A stretch of 64,000 bases of DNA from Patescibacteria group bacterium. GTDB lineage: Bacteria; Patescibacteriota; WWE3; 2-01-FULL-39-13. Positions 1 to 11,124 of the stretch are shown here, piece after piece. The DNA is taken from NCBI GenBank assembly GCA_048499955.1, contig JASNYX010000002.1, positions 68,513-132,512 on the forward strand, read 5' to 3'. The notes under the pieces are model-generated. The model saw nothing but the letters and a program-made list of their open reading frames with translations. It was not told the origin of the DNA and made no database searches. Within the stretch, counting starts at the first letter, position 1; the number at the start of each line of letters is the position of its first letter. A program made the translations under genes and the position numbers.

Positions 1-413
1 TAAATCAATAAATCATGCTTTGTAACCGTTATGAAACTTTCAAGATCCGGAAAATCAAAATGGTAAACCCACAATACGACCTTTAAATTCTTATCAGGGA
101 AATTTCCCAAAAGGCTTTTGATTTTATTGGAATGCATCCAAGTATTAAACATGGAAAATGGCCAGAAGTTGAAAATATTTGCGGGTCTATAAACAACTAA
201 ATTATTTTCACGAACTTCAGATCCGGTAAATAACTTAAAGATGTTTATGGATGGATTCCTCAGGAACGATCTCAGTGCCTTAAATCTTAATGGGGGGTCA
301 ATGAAAACCACCTGGTGGCCTCTTTTAGCAAGCCTCGTTGCTATATGCCATTTGTTTGTTTTTAATTCAAAATCAAAAGGCTGGTTTGAAAGAATAATGA
401 ATGTATATTTCAT
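1..413 (-). CDS. N-terminal part of a GT1/GT4-like glycosyltransferase. The ORF (MKYTFIILSNQPFDFELKTNKWHIATRLAKRGHQVVFIDPP...) runs off the window start, so it is absent from the ORF track.
   Basis: Manual minus-strand translation from the ATG at 413-411 finds no stop down to position 1. The N-terminus has the Rossmann-like beta-alpha pattern typical of GT-B glycosyltransferases. Confidence 0.4.
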   Translation of the reverse strand, partial: MKYTFIILSNQPFDFELKTNKWHIATRLAKRGHQVVFIDPPLRFKALRSFLRNPSINIFKLFTGSEVRENNLVVYRPANIFNFWPFSMFNTWMHSNKIKSLLGNFPDKNLKVVLWVYHFDFPDLESFITVTKHDLLI

Positions 414-452
414 GACTGCTAAGCTTTACCAATTATATCAGAGGTTTGCTAA

Positions 453-2036
453 CTAATTTTGTGCACCGGGAACTTTAGGGGTTAAATTTTGATAAATCCT
501 ATAATACGAGATCCCGGCGATAGTGATATCGTCTTCGGTATTTTTCAGCTTATAGGAACGTATGTATTCGCGATTTTGCTCATGACGATACTCGGGAATC
601 ACGAAATATTGTGCTTCAGCTCTTTTTTCAACATCATTTATATCAATAACCTGAAATCTGGCAAAAGGAACAATATAGTCTTTATCCGCCATCGCAACCT
701 TTATTAACTCCGGGTTATCTTTGCGATTAAAATAGTCGGCCAATTCATCATACCCAACCATCCATTTCGGCTCGATAATCTCCCGACCTCTATCGTACCC
801 GCCAACAAGCTGACTGTAATAAGCTAAATAGTTAGGATGAATCCCATAAAAAACTACTAATCCGGTAATTAGGTATATGAAGCAAACTAATGCCCACTTC
901 TTAAAATTATGTTGAATAACGCTTGGCAAATAGTAAACCGCAACTATAATCATCGGGAATATAAGAGGTAACGCATAACGATCCAATTTTTTTGAGGTCA
1001 AAGAGATCATAAGTATAAACCCTATAAAATAGATCAGATTTAAAATTACAAATTCCTTAAGATTTTGATCGATAATATTACGTTTAAATTTGTTGAGGAA
1101 ATAAATTATTCCGAAAAAGAATGAAAGAACTAACACCGTAGAATATCTTGACAAAACTACAAGTGGGTAAAAAGTCCATCCAGGATCCTGAACTTTTTGT
1201 CCAAACCAAATATGTTCGTGTCCTTCTTCTATCGCAACTCCCTGTACTCCTCGGAACAAATAAAGCTGAATTGTCTCAATCGGATTAACCCACATTGCAG
1301 GCCAAGCCAGAAAAAACACTAAAAGCGAAAAGGTGTATAGATATGTTAGCTTGAAAAAAACGGTTCGCTCTTTAGATTTAAAATAGCAATACAAACTTAT
1401 TAACAAATAGAATGGAATTAAGTAAAGTGCCGCACTTTTTGTTAACAATGCGAGTCCGGTAAATATACCTGAAAGTAATGTGTTTCTGTCAAATCTTATG
1501 CTTTTATTTTCCAACGACAAATAATAGTAAACAAATCCGTTAAACATTAATAACGACATCAATGAGTCTAGATGAATGGTTCGTGACAAAGCTGTGAAAA
1601 AAGGTTCCAAACATAAAACCAAAATCGCGAAAATCGCCGCTTTTCTTCCCATAATATTTTTCAAACCGACGTATAAGAATGCAATTAGAATAGAAGTGAA
1701 AATAACCACATAAGTATTTTGAATAACATGATTCATTAAAAACTCGGTTAATCCGAAACTTTGAGGTGTGTACCCGGCACGATTGAGTATTCCATATGTC
1801 TTTATGGCAGAAAATTGACTCCATAGAAGCGTGATTCCCGGATGGTAAGTAACCGCAGTACCTGCAAAATCGAGATTTGAAATAGCCGTACTGAAAGCAT
1901 AACCTCGAGTTTTCCAATGATGATCATCATTATTAACAAAATCTAAACCCAAACTAGGCATTCTGTACAATAGCGCGAACAGAAAAACTATCACCGGAAT
2001 AATAATTCCGTAAAATCGGGTATTAAAGCTTCTCAT
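453..2036 (-). CDS. Polytopic membrane glycosyltransferase of the GT-C fold (PMT_2 / ArnT-like, GT39/GT83 family)
   Basis: 527 aa with about 10 predicted TM segments. An acidic motif (NNDDHHW) sits in the first extracytoplasmic loop. It is paralogous to the neighbouring GT-C ORFs. Confidence 0.55.
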   Translation of the reverse strand: MRSFNTRFYGIIIPVIVFLFALLYRMPSLGLDFVNNDDHHWKTRGYAFSTAISNLDFAGTAVTYHPGITLLWSQFSAIKTYGILNRAGYTPQSFGLTEFLMNHVIQNTYVVIFTSILIAFLYVGLKNIMGRKAAIFAILVLCLEPFFTALSRTIHLDSLMSLLMFNGFVYYYLSLENKSIRFDRNTLLSGIFTGLALLTKSAALYLIPFYLLISLYCYFKSKERTVFFKLTYLYTFSLLVFFLAWPAMWVNPIETIQLYLFRGVQGVAIEEGHEHIWFGQKVQDPGWTFYPLVVLSRYSTVLVLSFFFGIIYFLNKFKRNIIDQNLKEFVILNLIYFIGFILMISLTSKKLDRYALPLIFPMIIVAVYYLPSVIQHNFKKWALVCFIYLITGLVVFYGIHPNYLAYYSQLVGGYDRGREIIEPKWMVGYDELADYFNRKDNPELIKVAMADKDYIVPFARFQVIDINDVEKRAEAQYFVIPEYRHEQNREYIRSYKLKNTEDDITIAGISYYRIYQNLTPKVPGAQN

Positions 2037-3591
2037 ATATATAAATAATATCTTTACTTAAATTTGGTGTTAATTCAAACGTTTGGATTAATCTGAATTT
2101 ATCCTCACCTAACGATTCCTCGGAAACAACCAATGACCCGGCATCAATCTCATCCGAATCATTATATCTCTTATATCCGTTGTTATTAATAGCATTAAAC
2201 GTGCTCACATCAGAACCTCTCATGTAAATAATCCGGTCGGAGTTTCGAATTGACTTGGCGGCTTCCGAAATATTAACGGGTATCAAAAATTTCGTTGATG
2301 CCTCAAATGAGTACGGAAGTAAAATGAACAATACGAAGGCGGGAAATAGTGATGTAAGTATGGACTTCATTTTTTGAACATACTCATCTCCCAAAACAGT
2401 TAGTGACAAAACCAAATGATAAAAATAAGCACTCAATAACACGGTAATAACATCCAACACTATGAAGTACCTAGGGCCGGCTCTTCCATATCTCGAAATA
2501 TATAAAAATAAAATTATAAACACGGTATATAATCCGATTGCTAATTTATCTTCATTGCTAAGCGCAATTACTTTTTTCTTCGCCCCTATTATTTTGACTA
2601 TGAGCAAAACTAAACCGGCTACTAATAAAATAATAGGAACGTATCCGATATTCTGGGCATAAGCAGATATGTAATTTCCAAAATTTGCGGGATACTCACT
2701 TACTGAAACCGCCTGAGAGTTCTCAAATATTTGCCATAATAAACCACGACCGGGTTCGTATGACCAAAAAATATGCGGATACTTGAATACACTTGGGATA
2801 GTAATGACAAAAGCCAGAATTGCGACACCATACATAATAGCTAATCGTTTTATAAAAGCAGGAATCTCTTTATACTTATTTTCAATTTGAAGTGCATATA
2901 ATTGCCAAAAATAAAATACAAATACCAACAGACTTAACATTACTGCGTTGTACTTTACAGACACTGCAATTCCCCAGAAAATTCCTGCGATTGCATATGA
3001 TTTATAACAACCACGTTTTACTGCTCGCAAAGACAAATAGATTGCAACAGAAACGAAAAATATTAACATCGGCTCAAGAAGTGCAAAGTGAGAAATGAAA
3101 ATTCCGTAGGGCATGAGTAAAAAAATTGCAGAAGCAAACAATGCTGTCTTTTTTGAAAACAAATTCTTAACAGTAAGATAAATAGGTACGACTGCAAGTG
3201 AATAAAGAATAGAATTCTGTAATCTACTTAAAAAGTAAAAAACGAAAGGGTCATCCCACAACACGGGGAAAATACCTTCTAAAGTAGAATTCCATCCTAA
3301 ACTATTAACTAAACCCCTCATTTTTATAAAAATTTCGAAGAATATAGCGTTAAGATAAAAGCTGAAATGGGGCCAATCAAAATGGTTTACCCAAAACGAG
3401 TTTCTAATCCCTAATGCACTTCGTACCAACGCGGGCTCATCAATATTATGGATAAACGGATATCCATGAAGTATTCCAATAAACCTGAAGATTAGCCCGA
3501 TGCTAAAAATGATTATCAATAACCGGTGCTGATTAATTTTTTCGATAAGATTTGTAAGCATAGAAGGCGATAAACATATAAACTGGTCCAA
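2023..3591 (-). CDS. GT-C fold membrane glycosyltransferase (PMT_2 / ArnT-like)
   Basis: 522 aa and polytopic. The conserved IDEPALVRS...FDWPHFSFYLNAIFFEIF block is shared almost verbatim with ORF 9465..11078 (IDEPALIST...FDWPHLYFYINALFFGIY). Confidence 0.65.
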   Translation of the reverse strand: MDQFICLSPSMLTNLIEKINQHRLLIIIFSIGLIFRFIGILHGYPFIHNIDEPALVRSALGIRNSFWVNHFDWPHFSFYLNAIFFEIFIKMRGLVNSLGWNSTLEGIFPVLWDDPFVFYFLSRLQNSILYSLAVVPIYLTVKNLFSKKTALFASAIFLLMPYGIFISHFALLEPMLIFFVSVAIYLSLRAVKRGCYKSYAIAGIFWGIAVSVKYNAVMLSLLVFVFYFWQLYALQIENKYKEIPAFIKRLAIMYGVAILAFVITIPSVFKYPHIFWSYEPGRGLLWQIFENSQAVSVSEYPANFGNYISAYAQNIGYVPIILLVAGLVLLIVKIIGAKKKVIALSNEDKLAIGLYTVFIILFLYISRYGRAGPRYFIVLDVITVLLSAYFYHLVLSLTVLGDEYVQKMKSILTSLFPAFVLFILLPYSFEASTKFLIPVNISEAAKSIRNSDRIIYMRGSDVSTFNAINNNGYKRYNDSDEIDAGSLVVSEESLGEDKFRLIQTFELTPNLSKDIIYIYEKL

Positions 3592-4960
3592 GAATATATG
3601 GGGAAATTCCTACATAATGTGCCACCAAAATAAACACGGAAATTATCAAATAAATCAGGTCTCTCGATCTAATCAGATAAAACCCGGCCTCATATCTGGT
3701 TAAGACCAACATTGAGATGTACGCAACCAAACCAGAGATCCCCATCGCTAAAGCAAAATTTGTTAACGTTCCTAAATCAACCGGAGGGTGTGTATATAAT
3801 AGATACGTTCCTAAAAATAATATCCCATGAGAAATAACTGCACCAATTAATTTTTTGGCAGGTACAGAAAATCCGGATCTAAGTAAATTTATTTGCGAGT
3901 ATGACCAAAAGGCTAAAACAAGCGGATCCATTAAAACAAATGAATCTCGATACCCGATAGACAGCGAGGTTCCCCTCATCGGCATAAAAATAAAATCAAT
4001 AATCTGAAAAAACAATTCTTTAAACAGTATAAATAACACACATACCGTGGCAATTAAAATATGAGAAGCCGAATTACCCCTCAGAAATTTATCTTTATAC
4101 TCACCTAGACTTTTCTTATATAAAGCAGACATTGATGGCAAAGTCACATCCGTAATTGCATCCGAAAACACTACGATCTTAGAAGTAACTAAAAGTGCAA
4201 AGCTAAATAGGCCAATCATATAATCATCAAGTCTAAAAGCCAGCACGAACGGTCCTAATTTTTGCCACTGGGTATCAATAATTCTTATTAAATAAACGAA
4301 TAAACCAATGGCAAAGACAGATTTAACTATCACCCAAAATTCCTTCTTACTAGGTAAAACAAAATGCCCATCAAGAAGTCTGTAAACGTAAGCGGCCAGT
4401 ACTAAAGTGGACACAAGGTTAAACGCTAATAAACCATAAAAATATCCGATTAATTGGTACTGCATAAGAAAGGGTATAAAGATCAGTAAACTTACAGCAG
4501 CGATTACAACCTGAAATATAAATAAAAACTTAAATGCCTTCATCCCCGAAATAACCGAATTGAGAGTCGACTGCAACGCCTGGATTAATAGAGTCAAAGC
4601 AAAAAGCCTAAGGGGAAGAATAATTTCGCTACGGTTATTTAACTCTTCCGAAATAAAACCGGCAAAGAAAAATAATATTATCACGAGTGGAATAGAAATA
4701 AGGTACCTCACCAACAATGATGCAAGAAAAACCTTCGATACATCTTCTTTTCCATCGGCAGCTGCAATTTCACGCGTCGACCCGGATGAGATTCCCAGAT
4801 TTTGATAAACACCGACACTTGCTCCGATTCCGGTGATGGTTCCCCACAGTCCGTAATCCGAAACGCTCAAAATCTTTACAATGATTATGGACTGAACTAA
4901 ACCGATCAGAGTTGCCGATAATCGTGAACCGATAGAAATAATAGGCCAACTGAATTTCAT
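3533..4960 (-). CDS. Wzx-like polysaccharide/oligosaccharide flippase (MOP superfamily)
   Basis: 475 aa with about 12 TM segments and an N-terminal pattern typical of polysaccharide biosynthesis proteins (PF01943-like). It is embedded among GT genes. Confidence 0.55.
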   Translation of the reverse strand: MKFSWPIISIGSRLSATLIGLVQSIIIVKILSVSDYGLWGTITGIGASVGVYQNLGISSGSTREIAAADGKEDVSKVFLASLLVRYLISIPLVIILFFFAGFISEELNNRSEIILPLRLFALTLLIQALQSTLNSVISGMKAFKFLFIFQVVIAAVSLLIFIPFLMQYQLIGYFYGLLAFNLVSTLVLAAYVYRLLDGHFVLPSKKEFWVIVKSVFAIGLFVYLIRIIDTQWQKLGPFVLAFRLDDYMIGLFSFALLVTSKIVVFSDAITDVTLPSMSALYKKSLGEYKDKFLRGNSASHILIATVCVLFILFKELFFQIIDFIFMPMRGTSLSIGYRDSFVLMDPLVLAFWSYSQINLLRSGFSVPAKKLIGAVISHGILFLGTYLLYTHPPVDLGTLTNFALAMGISGLVAYISMLVLTRYEAGFYLIRSRDLIYLIISVFILVAHYVGISPYILGPVYMFIAFYAYKSYRKN

Positions 4961-7044
4961 TTAGTTATGTTTACCTTTCCCAAATATATTTTTGATGCTC
5001 TGACAAGATCCCCAATTCCATAATAAACCTCATATTCACCGGGAGTTGTTTCGCTATCGAATCTGGGGAAATAGGTTTCTTTAATATAGTCTTCTTCCGG
5101 AATAATTGTATTAGGATTTAACCCGGATCCGGAAGTCAAATAATCAAGAAATGCATATTCTGCCGAACCATCTGTCTTGCGAAATTCCCAGAAAGTTACT
5201 TTATCGTAAAAATTTCCATGTACAACCATTAAAGCAAGTTCAATAGGGTTGGGATCATTGATTGAAATAGATTCAGGGAAATTAAGTATTCCGACATTAA
5301 TTGCCATACTACTTGTTTCGATTCCATACATCTGGGGAATATCATTTGATTCAGGAACGTATGAAACAACCACATTCACATCATCATATGCCATGTCGTT
5401 TAAGTGTGATTCAAAAACTGAAATCATCCCACAACTATAATAATGATGGTATCGACCTGAAGATGTTAAACGAGTTAGAGCCTCTTTATTAGCCATCCAT
5501 CCTTTTACTCCGACACGATCCAAAGCTTTTTCATCAAATATATCAACTACGATTAGGTCTGAATTTAGTATTCCGGCAGGAAATAAAGCATTAACCTTGC
5601 GATTTGCAGTATGAGCGCCTAAATAGTCAGGCCCTGAATAAATTTGTGGGTTTTTCTCTTCGACAATCGCAAAAACCTTATCGAGGCATGTAATATTATT
5701 CCGTGGGATTTGAGCTTTCATTTGCTCTCCCACTCTTGAATCGTTTTCCACTATATGTGGTGTCTCTTGTGCCGAAATTTTCTTGATTATCTTTTCTTGT
5801 ACAAAACTTACACCGGAAATAAATAACGGATTTTCGGATTTATACGAGAACCAGATATTCAAAATGAATACGCAAATAGCGATCACAACTACTAAAGGAA
5901 AAAATCTAACCCGATTCTGCAATTTATCATTTACCATCGATAGTAAATAGATATAACAAATGAATAAAGCAGATATGATAAACGCCACTCTATGATTATC
6001 AATTGCAAATATATTTTCTTTACTCAAAACTAAAATTGCAAGATCAGGGAGAGTCATGAGCCAAAATGGAACGATCACAACTACATAACCGAACGGGCCA
6101 ACTAAGTTATTGATTGCTTTCAGGTTATGATCAGAAAAAACTACTTTAAAAACAAGATCAGGTCTTAATATCATATTCCGAGCAATCTCTGAATATGAAC
6201 TACCTAAATATGAATATCTTGTCAGGAAAAAGTTCTCTCCTTGTACAGATTCGGGGCTTGCCCCTTCAATTCCGGCTGTTTCAATGAAATGATTGATACC
6301 GCTTTCACGGAGTCCCGCATATCCGGGGATAATCATAAAAAAACATATTAATGACCAAATAGCAGAAACAACAAAGGTGCTTGTTGCAAGCTTCAAGTTA
6401 TACTTCCTCAAAAATATAGCCCCGATTGCAAGTAGAAACCCAATTTCTTCTTTTCCGAAAAGCATCAAGACTATTAGAGTCCAATAGATTAGGTAGTCCT
6501 TAAATCGGGCTTCATTGAGGAATTCCTTTTTTTCCAAAAAGTAGATCAACCATATTAATAGCGGAGCAACAAAGGAAATTCCATGATATGTAGTCCAGAT
6601 TAATGTATAGCCGATTGCAGGATAAAAAATATAGCTCAAAACAACCAATAACGCGGTCACGCGTGAGTTTAATTTTCTGAAAGTTAACCAATATAACGGA
6701 TAAATCGCCGATAGCACCAGAATATGTTGAAGAAACACCAATACCATCGGATGATCCACAATCCAATATATCGGCACAAAAAGAACCAATACCGGATCAA
6801 CATGACTCATACCCCACCTTGGCATATTCGTACCAAACTGGTCGGTAACTTCCATAAAATCTCCCCGGGAGGTGTTCCACACCATCTGAGCCATGTTACC
6901 TAAATCGAATTTACCGTATTCATAGTTCTGGTATCTTTTCATTGCAAGCGAAAACGAATAAGTTAACGCCATTATGAAAATCACTGTAAGTATCAGTAAG
7001 TAGGTTCCGTTTGAGAGTTTTGATATCTTTGCAAGAATGCTCAT
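4957..7044 (-). CDS. DUF2079-like polytopic membrane protein (putative GT-C-type glycosyltransferase) with a large C-terminal extracytoplasmic domain
   Basis: 695 aa with N-terminal TM helices (YGKFDLGNMAQMVWNTSRGDF...) resembling the DUF2079 family. The C-terminal ~300 aa are soluble. Its start overlaps the flippase stop by 4 nt (ATGA coupling). Confidence 0.45.
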   Translation of the reverse strand: MSILAKISKLSNGTYLLILTVIFIMALTYSFSLAMKRYQNYEYGKFDLGNMAQMVWNTSRGDFMEVTDQFGTNMPRWGMSHVDPVLVLFVPIYWIVDHPMVLVFLQHILVLSAIYPLYWLTFRKLNSRVTALLVVLSYIFYPAIGYTLIWTTYHGISFVAPLLIWLIYFLEKKEFLNEARFKDYLIYWTLIVLMLFGKEEIGFLLAIGAIFLRKYNLKLATSTFVVSAIWSLICFFMIIPGYAGLRESGINHFIETAGIEGASPESVQGENFFLTRYSYLGSSYSEIARNMILRPDLVFKVVFSDHNLKAINNLVGPFGYVVVIVPFWLMTLPDLAILVLSKENIFAIDNHRVAFIISALFICYIYLLSMVNDKLQNRVRFFPLVVVIAICVFILNIWFSYKSENPLFISGVSFVQEKIIKKISAQETPHIVENDSRVGEQMKAQIPRNNITCLDKVFAIVEEKNPQIYSGPDYLGAHTANRKVNALFPAGILNSDLIVVDIFDEKALDRVGVKGWMANKEALTRLTSSGRYHHYYSCGMISVFESHLNDMAYDDVNVVVSYVPESNDIPQMYGIETSSMAINVGILNFPESISINDPNPIELALMVVHGNFYDKVTFWEFRKTDGSAEYAFLDYLTSGSGLNPNTIIPEEDYIKETYFPRFDSETTPGEYEVYYGIGDLVRASKIYLGKVNITK

Positions 7045-7047
7045 GGA

Positions 7048-7749
7048 TCAATCGTAAATTCGATATTTAAACAAAGTCCACATTGCTTCCCACCCATCCT
7101 TCAATGCATTCAACTTTTTGCCGGAATTAGTAGTTCTTGGAAAGTAGCTAATGGGTACATTCACAATTTTATAACCTTTCTTACTGACCTTAGCTGTGAT
7201 TTCCGGGCAAAACTCAAATCTCTTGCACTCGAGCTTAATACTTTTAAGAATTTCGGTTTTAAACATTTTGTAACATGTCGCCTCATCCGGAACATACTGA
7301 CCGTATAGCAAACTTGCAGTCAATGGAAGTAGAATGTTGTTCCCAAGAAAATTCTTCCAATCCATGCCTTCATAAAACCTCTTTGATGCGAATCTGTTTC
7401 CGTAAACAACGTCCAAATCATCTTTTAAAGCAAGATCGAACATTTTAACCAGATCCTGAGGATCGTATTCGAAATCAGCATCTTGAACAACTGTATATTC
7501 GCCTGTAACGTATTTGAATCCTTCCCGTAGTGCAGTACCTTTACCCCCATTTCTTTCCATCAAGTGCACGCGCACTTGTTCATTCTTGCTTCTGTATTCT
7601 TTTAGCAATTCCCTGGATCCGTCAGTTGACCCGTCATCTACAACAATAATTTCTTTATCAATCGGAAGGCTTTCCAACTCTTTCAAAACCTGTATTACAG
7701 AGCTGACTTCGTTGTATACCGGGATCACTATAGACAATTTAGAACTCAT
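7048..7749 (-). CDS. GT2 polyprenol-phosphate sugar synthase (Dpm1/GtrB-like)
   Basis: MSSKLSIVIPVYNE...IIVVDDGSTDGS is the classical GT2 N-terminal motif with a DxD. At 233 aa it is a soluble, single-domain Dpm1-type enzyme. Confidence 0.75.
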   Translation of the reverse strand: MSSKLSIVIPVYNEVSSVIQVLKELESLPIDKEIIVVDDGSTDGSRELLKEYRSKNEQVRVHLMERNGGKGTALREGFKYVTGEYTVVQDADFEYDPQDLVKMFDLALKDDLDVVYGNRFASKRFYEGMDWKNFLGNNILLPLTASLLYGQYVPDEATCYKMFKTEILKSIKLECKRFEFCPEITAKVSKKGYKIVNVPISYFPRTTNSGKKLNALKDGWEAMWTLFKYRIYD

Positions 7750-7782
7750 AATATAAACATTTTCTCAACAAATAGACTAAAA

Positions 7783-9441
7783 TCACAGCACTTCATATAT
7801 CTTAGTTCTGAAAGTGAAGTAACCCGGATCGATCGCGGGAATGTACTTAGAAAGGGCCATCTCAAGAAAATCATCGATTGGAACGCTATAAACAGCAAGT
7901 AACATATAACGCTGATCCGATCTCGGATCAATGAAGTTACTCCCCCGATTAAACTCATCCGTTAATAAAACATACTTTACATTATTTTGCTTAAGGATGT
8001 CATACTGTTCATCGAAATTAGACATAACTGTATCAGGAGGTAAATAGTACGACCTATTTCTAAGGTACCAGCTACTGTTCCCTGTTTCGTCTGCATATGC
8101 TACAACTCCTTCGGTTTTAGCTAGATATTCGAGTCCCTGTTTTACTGACTTATAAACATCCTTCTGATTATAGATAACAACAGAAGACACCAGAATGTTC
8201 AAAGTTAGAAGACTTATCATAATGAGGCGTATGCTCCACCTGTTTTTAATTAACATTAAAATAGAAATTAACACCGAAACTCCAATAATAATAAAAAACA
8301 TAGGCTTCGATGCCCCGAGGAAATAAAGTTTCTGAGATCCCTGCAACCCGGCAAAAATTGCCGTCAAAAGTATTGTCACAAAACAATATTTCATTCTAGC
8401 TTTACTTGAAAAGTCCTCCGCGAAGAATTTGAACATGCCATAAGTTCCGATCATCACAATAAACGGTATTATCGGCATATAAATCCGAGGTAAAGACGGT
8501 GTCCATATAAAGCCAATTAATAGCTCCTGCAGAATAAATAGTGAAAGTGGCAAGTATGGTAGATATTTCCCCAAGTTATTTCGCACATTTGCATTTAAGT
8601 ATATTTGCCGAGCTCCCCAGAATATAAAAAAGACGAATACAGGGATAACTAAGAGGTAAATTGTATATGTACTAAAGTAAGTAAACCTCTCCAGATTGAA
8701 AACAAAACCTTCGGCTTCCTTGAAATAATCATTTTCCACTTGGCCGGGATACAAGAATTTCGCATAAAAGGTCCACGGTACATAAACCAGCAACTGTGGA
8801 ACGATAAACAGTATCAAATCTCTAAGTCTTTTTGTCACAAACAGAAAGAGTAATACACCTGAAAGCATGAATAAACCCTCAAGTCTTGTCATTGTAATTA
8901 TTAGAAGCACCAAAGATAAAAGCCCTTTATTTACAGTAAATCTAGGTATGTAACGTTGAAATTCTTGTAAAAAATGATAGGCGAATACCACAATCATCAA
9001 GGTAAAAAGCGGGTCAGCCATTACCCGGAAACTCCAATATGCGAAAACGGAACTCGATGCGACTAATAACGTCGAAAATACTGCATGAGTATCATCAGGT
9101 TCTGAACCATCAATATCAGTAACAAGTTTTTTATAAAAAAAGTATATGTATATTAGGGTTAAAAGACTTATTAATATGCCGATAACTCTACCAAATAAGA
9201 TGGGCTGACCAAACAAAATTCCCGGAATCAATACAACTGAATAAAACGGCCAACGCTTTTCGTCCCATGGCCAATCAAAATTAGCTAGGAACTCAGAACC
9301 CCTAACCATCCGAAAAGTATCTCCCCATTCGGTATAGTTCAGATTAATCAACAAAATACGTGCTAATAGATAAAAAGCCAATATCAACAGAAAATTACGG
9401 GATAATTTCGAGAAAATCACCATAATGACATTATAATCCAA
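7783..9441 (-). CDS. Polytopic membrane protein, probable GT-C glycosyltransferase
   Basis: 552 aa with many TM helices and N-terminal loop acidic/aromatic residues (NYTEWGDTF). It lies between the Dpm1-like GT2 and further GT-C paralogs. Confidence 0.45.
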   Translation of the reverse strand: MDYNVIMVIFSKLSRNFLLILAFYLLARILLINLNYTEWGDTFRMVRGSEFLANFDWPWDEKRWPFYSVVLIPGILFGQPILFGRVIGILISLLTLIYIYFFYKKLVTDIDGSEPDDTHAVFSTLLVASSSVFAYWSFRVMADPLFTLMIVVFAYHFLQEFQRYIPRFTVNKGLLSLVLLIITMTRLEGLFMLSGVLLFLFVTKRLRDLILFIVPQLLVYVPWTFYAKFLYPGQVENDYFKEAEGFVFNLERFTYFSTYTIYLLVIPVFVFFIFWGARQIYLNANVRNNLGKYLPYLPLSLFILQELLIGFIWTPSLPRIYMPIIPFIVMIGTYGMFKFFAEDFSSKARMKYCFVTILLTAIFAGLQGSQKLYFLGASKPMFFIIIGVSVLISILMLIKNRWSIRLIMISLLTLNILVSSVVIYNQKDVYKSVKQGLEYLAKTEGVVAYADETGNSSWYLRNRSYYLPPDTVMSNFDEQYDILKQNNVKYVLLTDEFNRGSNFIDPRSDQRYMLLAVYSVPIDDFLEMALSKYIPAIDPGYFTFRTKIYEVL

Positions 9442-9464
9442 ATCTCGAGAGTTCTCATTAAAGC

Positions 9465-11078
9465 TTATTTTGTGGTCGGGATATTAGTTACGTAAAAAAT
9501 ATATATCGGAGGACCTAGTCTTCCTCGGTTATCAACCTCATATACTAATTCAGCATGTTTTAATATTGGGCTCGAGTTTCCCTCAATTAGGTCGGGATCT
9601 CGATCCCCACTTATAATTTCCTCACGTAGCACTCCTCTAGCACCAATAACTAAGTAAAAAGGCGCCTTTGAAACATCTACATGGTCAACATCAACTCTTT
9701 TTAGACGCTTAGATTTCTTTTCCTGAAATGGTACCATTTCCAGATCTTCCCCATATACGTATAGATAATCCACTTCCTCATAAACGTTATTTTTAATCCA
9801 ATCATACGCATAGTTTCTTGTATCCCTTACCGAGTAAAGGTAAGAAATTTTAGCTGACAAGTATAAAGTACTACCCATTACGAACAAAAGTGCAACATAC
9901 GTAATTACTTCCAAGCGACCTTTGAATACTCGGGAATTCAGAAAATCACGGATTTCAAGTATAAAATGTGCTATCGCAGGTATATAAAGCGGTATCAAAA
10001 ATATAAAATAGTGAGAAGGAGAGCGTTCAAAACTGCTTATGTATAGGCAGAAAATAAGAACTGGCAACAATGTCAACACATACGGCTTTGACCGCTTATT
10101 AAAAAAGATAAACAAGACCATTAACAGAGTAAAAATAAACCAAAGGGAAACACCTAAATCCTTTAAATACATTTTCCCGAACGTTTCATATAGAGCCAAA
10201 GGATAATCTACAACATCAATCCTGCCGACATTCTCAAATTGCCACATTGCACCTACTGCGTGCTCTTTAGACCAAAAATTATTCCAGTCTAGAAGGGCGA
10301 ATGGGGTTCCCAAATAAAAAAATAGTATGGAAATTAGTCCGGACAACAAAAAACTTACAAATATGCGGGTCCATTCTCGGAAATTTTTCCAGTCAGCCCA
10401 ATTGAACCTTAGTAGTACTGCGATCACCATAGGTAAAAAAACAAGGAATCCGTTGTATTTGATAGAAGTTGCGATACCAATTAATGCTCCGACAAACAGG
10501 AAAAACCTCCGCTCTCCAGTCTCGAAAATCCTAACGATATAGTAAATTGCCCAACTGATAAAAAAAGCCTGTGGAATATCCAGCTTGGCAAAGTGTGATT
10601 CATCAACGTGTACAGGTAATATCGCAAGTAACAATGCTGCTACTAATGCAGTCTTTCGGCTTTTGAATAAACTACGGGCAATAAGGTAAACAGGTACGAT
10701 CGTGGCAGTGGCAAAAAGGATATGCACAAACCTTGATACTACAAATAAGGCTGAAGTTGAATATAAACCTTCAAATTCTACAAAAACCGAAATAATAGCT
10801 CGAATAACTCCATATATTCCGAAAAATAAAGCGTTGATATAAAAATATAGATGAGGCCAATCAAAACGACCAGGGTGCAAACTGTCATTTAGGTTCGCAG
10901 TGGTACTTATAAGTGCAGGCTCATCAATGTTTATTTGTAGTGGCAATCCGTACCAAATACCCGCAAGTCGTATGAAAAAGCCTAATCCGATTATCGAGAT
11001 TAATACTCGATCCTTCTTCACAAATTTGATCAGCCGTATGAATTTTTGTTTAAAATTATGAATCATATTTACGAGCAT
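9465..11078 (-). CDS. GT-C fold membrane glycosyltransferase (PMT_2 / ArnT-like), paralog of 2023..3591
   Basis: 537 aa containing the IDEPA motif and the FDWPHLYFYINALFF block. Confidence 0.65.
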   Translation of the reverse strand: MLVNMIHNFKQKFIRLIKFVKKDRVLISIIGLGFFIRLAGIWYGLPLQINIDEPALISTTANLNDSLHPGRFDWPHLYFYINALFFGIYGVIRAIISVFVEFEGLYSTSALFVVSRFVHILFATATIVPVYLIARSLFKSRKTALVAALLLAILPVHVDESHFAKLDIPQAFFISWAIYYIVRIFETGERRFFLFVGALIGIATSIKYNGFLVFLPMVIAVLLRFNWADWKNFREWTRIFVSFLLSGLISILFFYLGTPFALLDWNNFWSKEHAVGAMWQFENVGRIDVVDYPLALYETFGKMYLKDLGVSLWFIFTLLMVLFIFFNKRSKPYVLTLLPVLIFCLYISSFERSPSHYFIFLIPLYIPAIAHFILEIRDFLNSRVFKGRLEVITYVALLFVMGSTLYLSAKISYLYSVRDTRNYAYDWIKNNVYEEVDYLYVYGEDLEMVPFQEKKSKRLKRVDVDHVDVSKAPFYLVIGARGVLREEIISGDRDPDLIEGNSSPILKHAELVYEVDNRGRLGPPIYIFYVTNIPTTK

Positions 11079-11124
11079 CTGCCCATTCTATGACAATAAA
11101 GTTGGGAAATATACCACCAACAAA

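Noticed and set aside
241-707. Plus-strand ORFs 241..456 and 489..707, and many other 60-150-aa ORFs in the track (e.g. 1540..1917, 5249..5492, 10327..10542, 29050..29499, 58165..58476, 50976..51161)
   Set aside because: They lie antisense to, or frame-shifted within, long conserved genes and have low-complexity or implausible sequences. They are treated as spurious.
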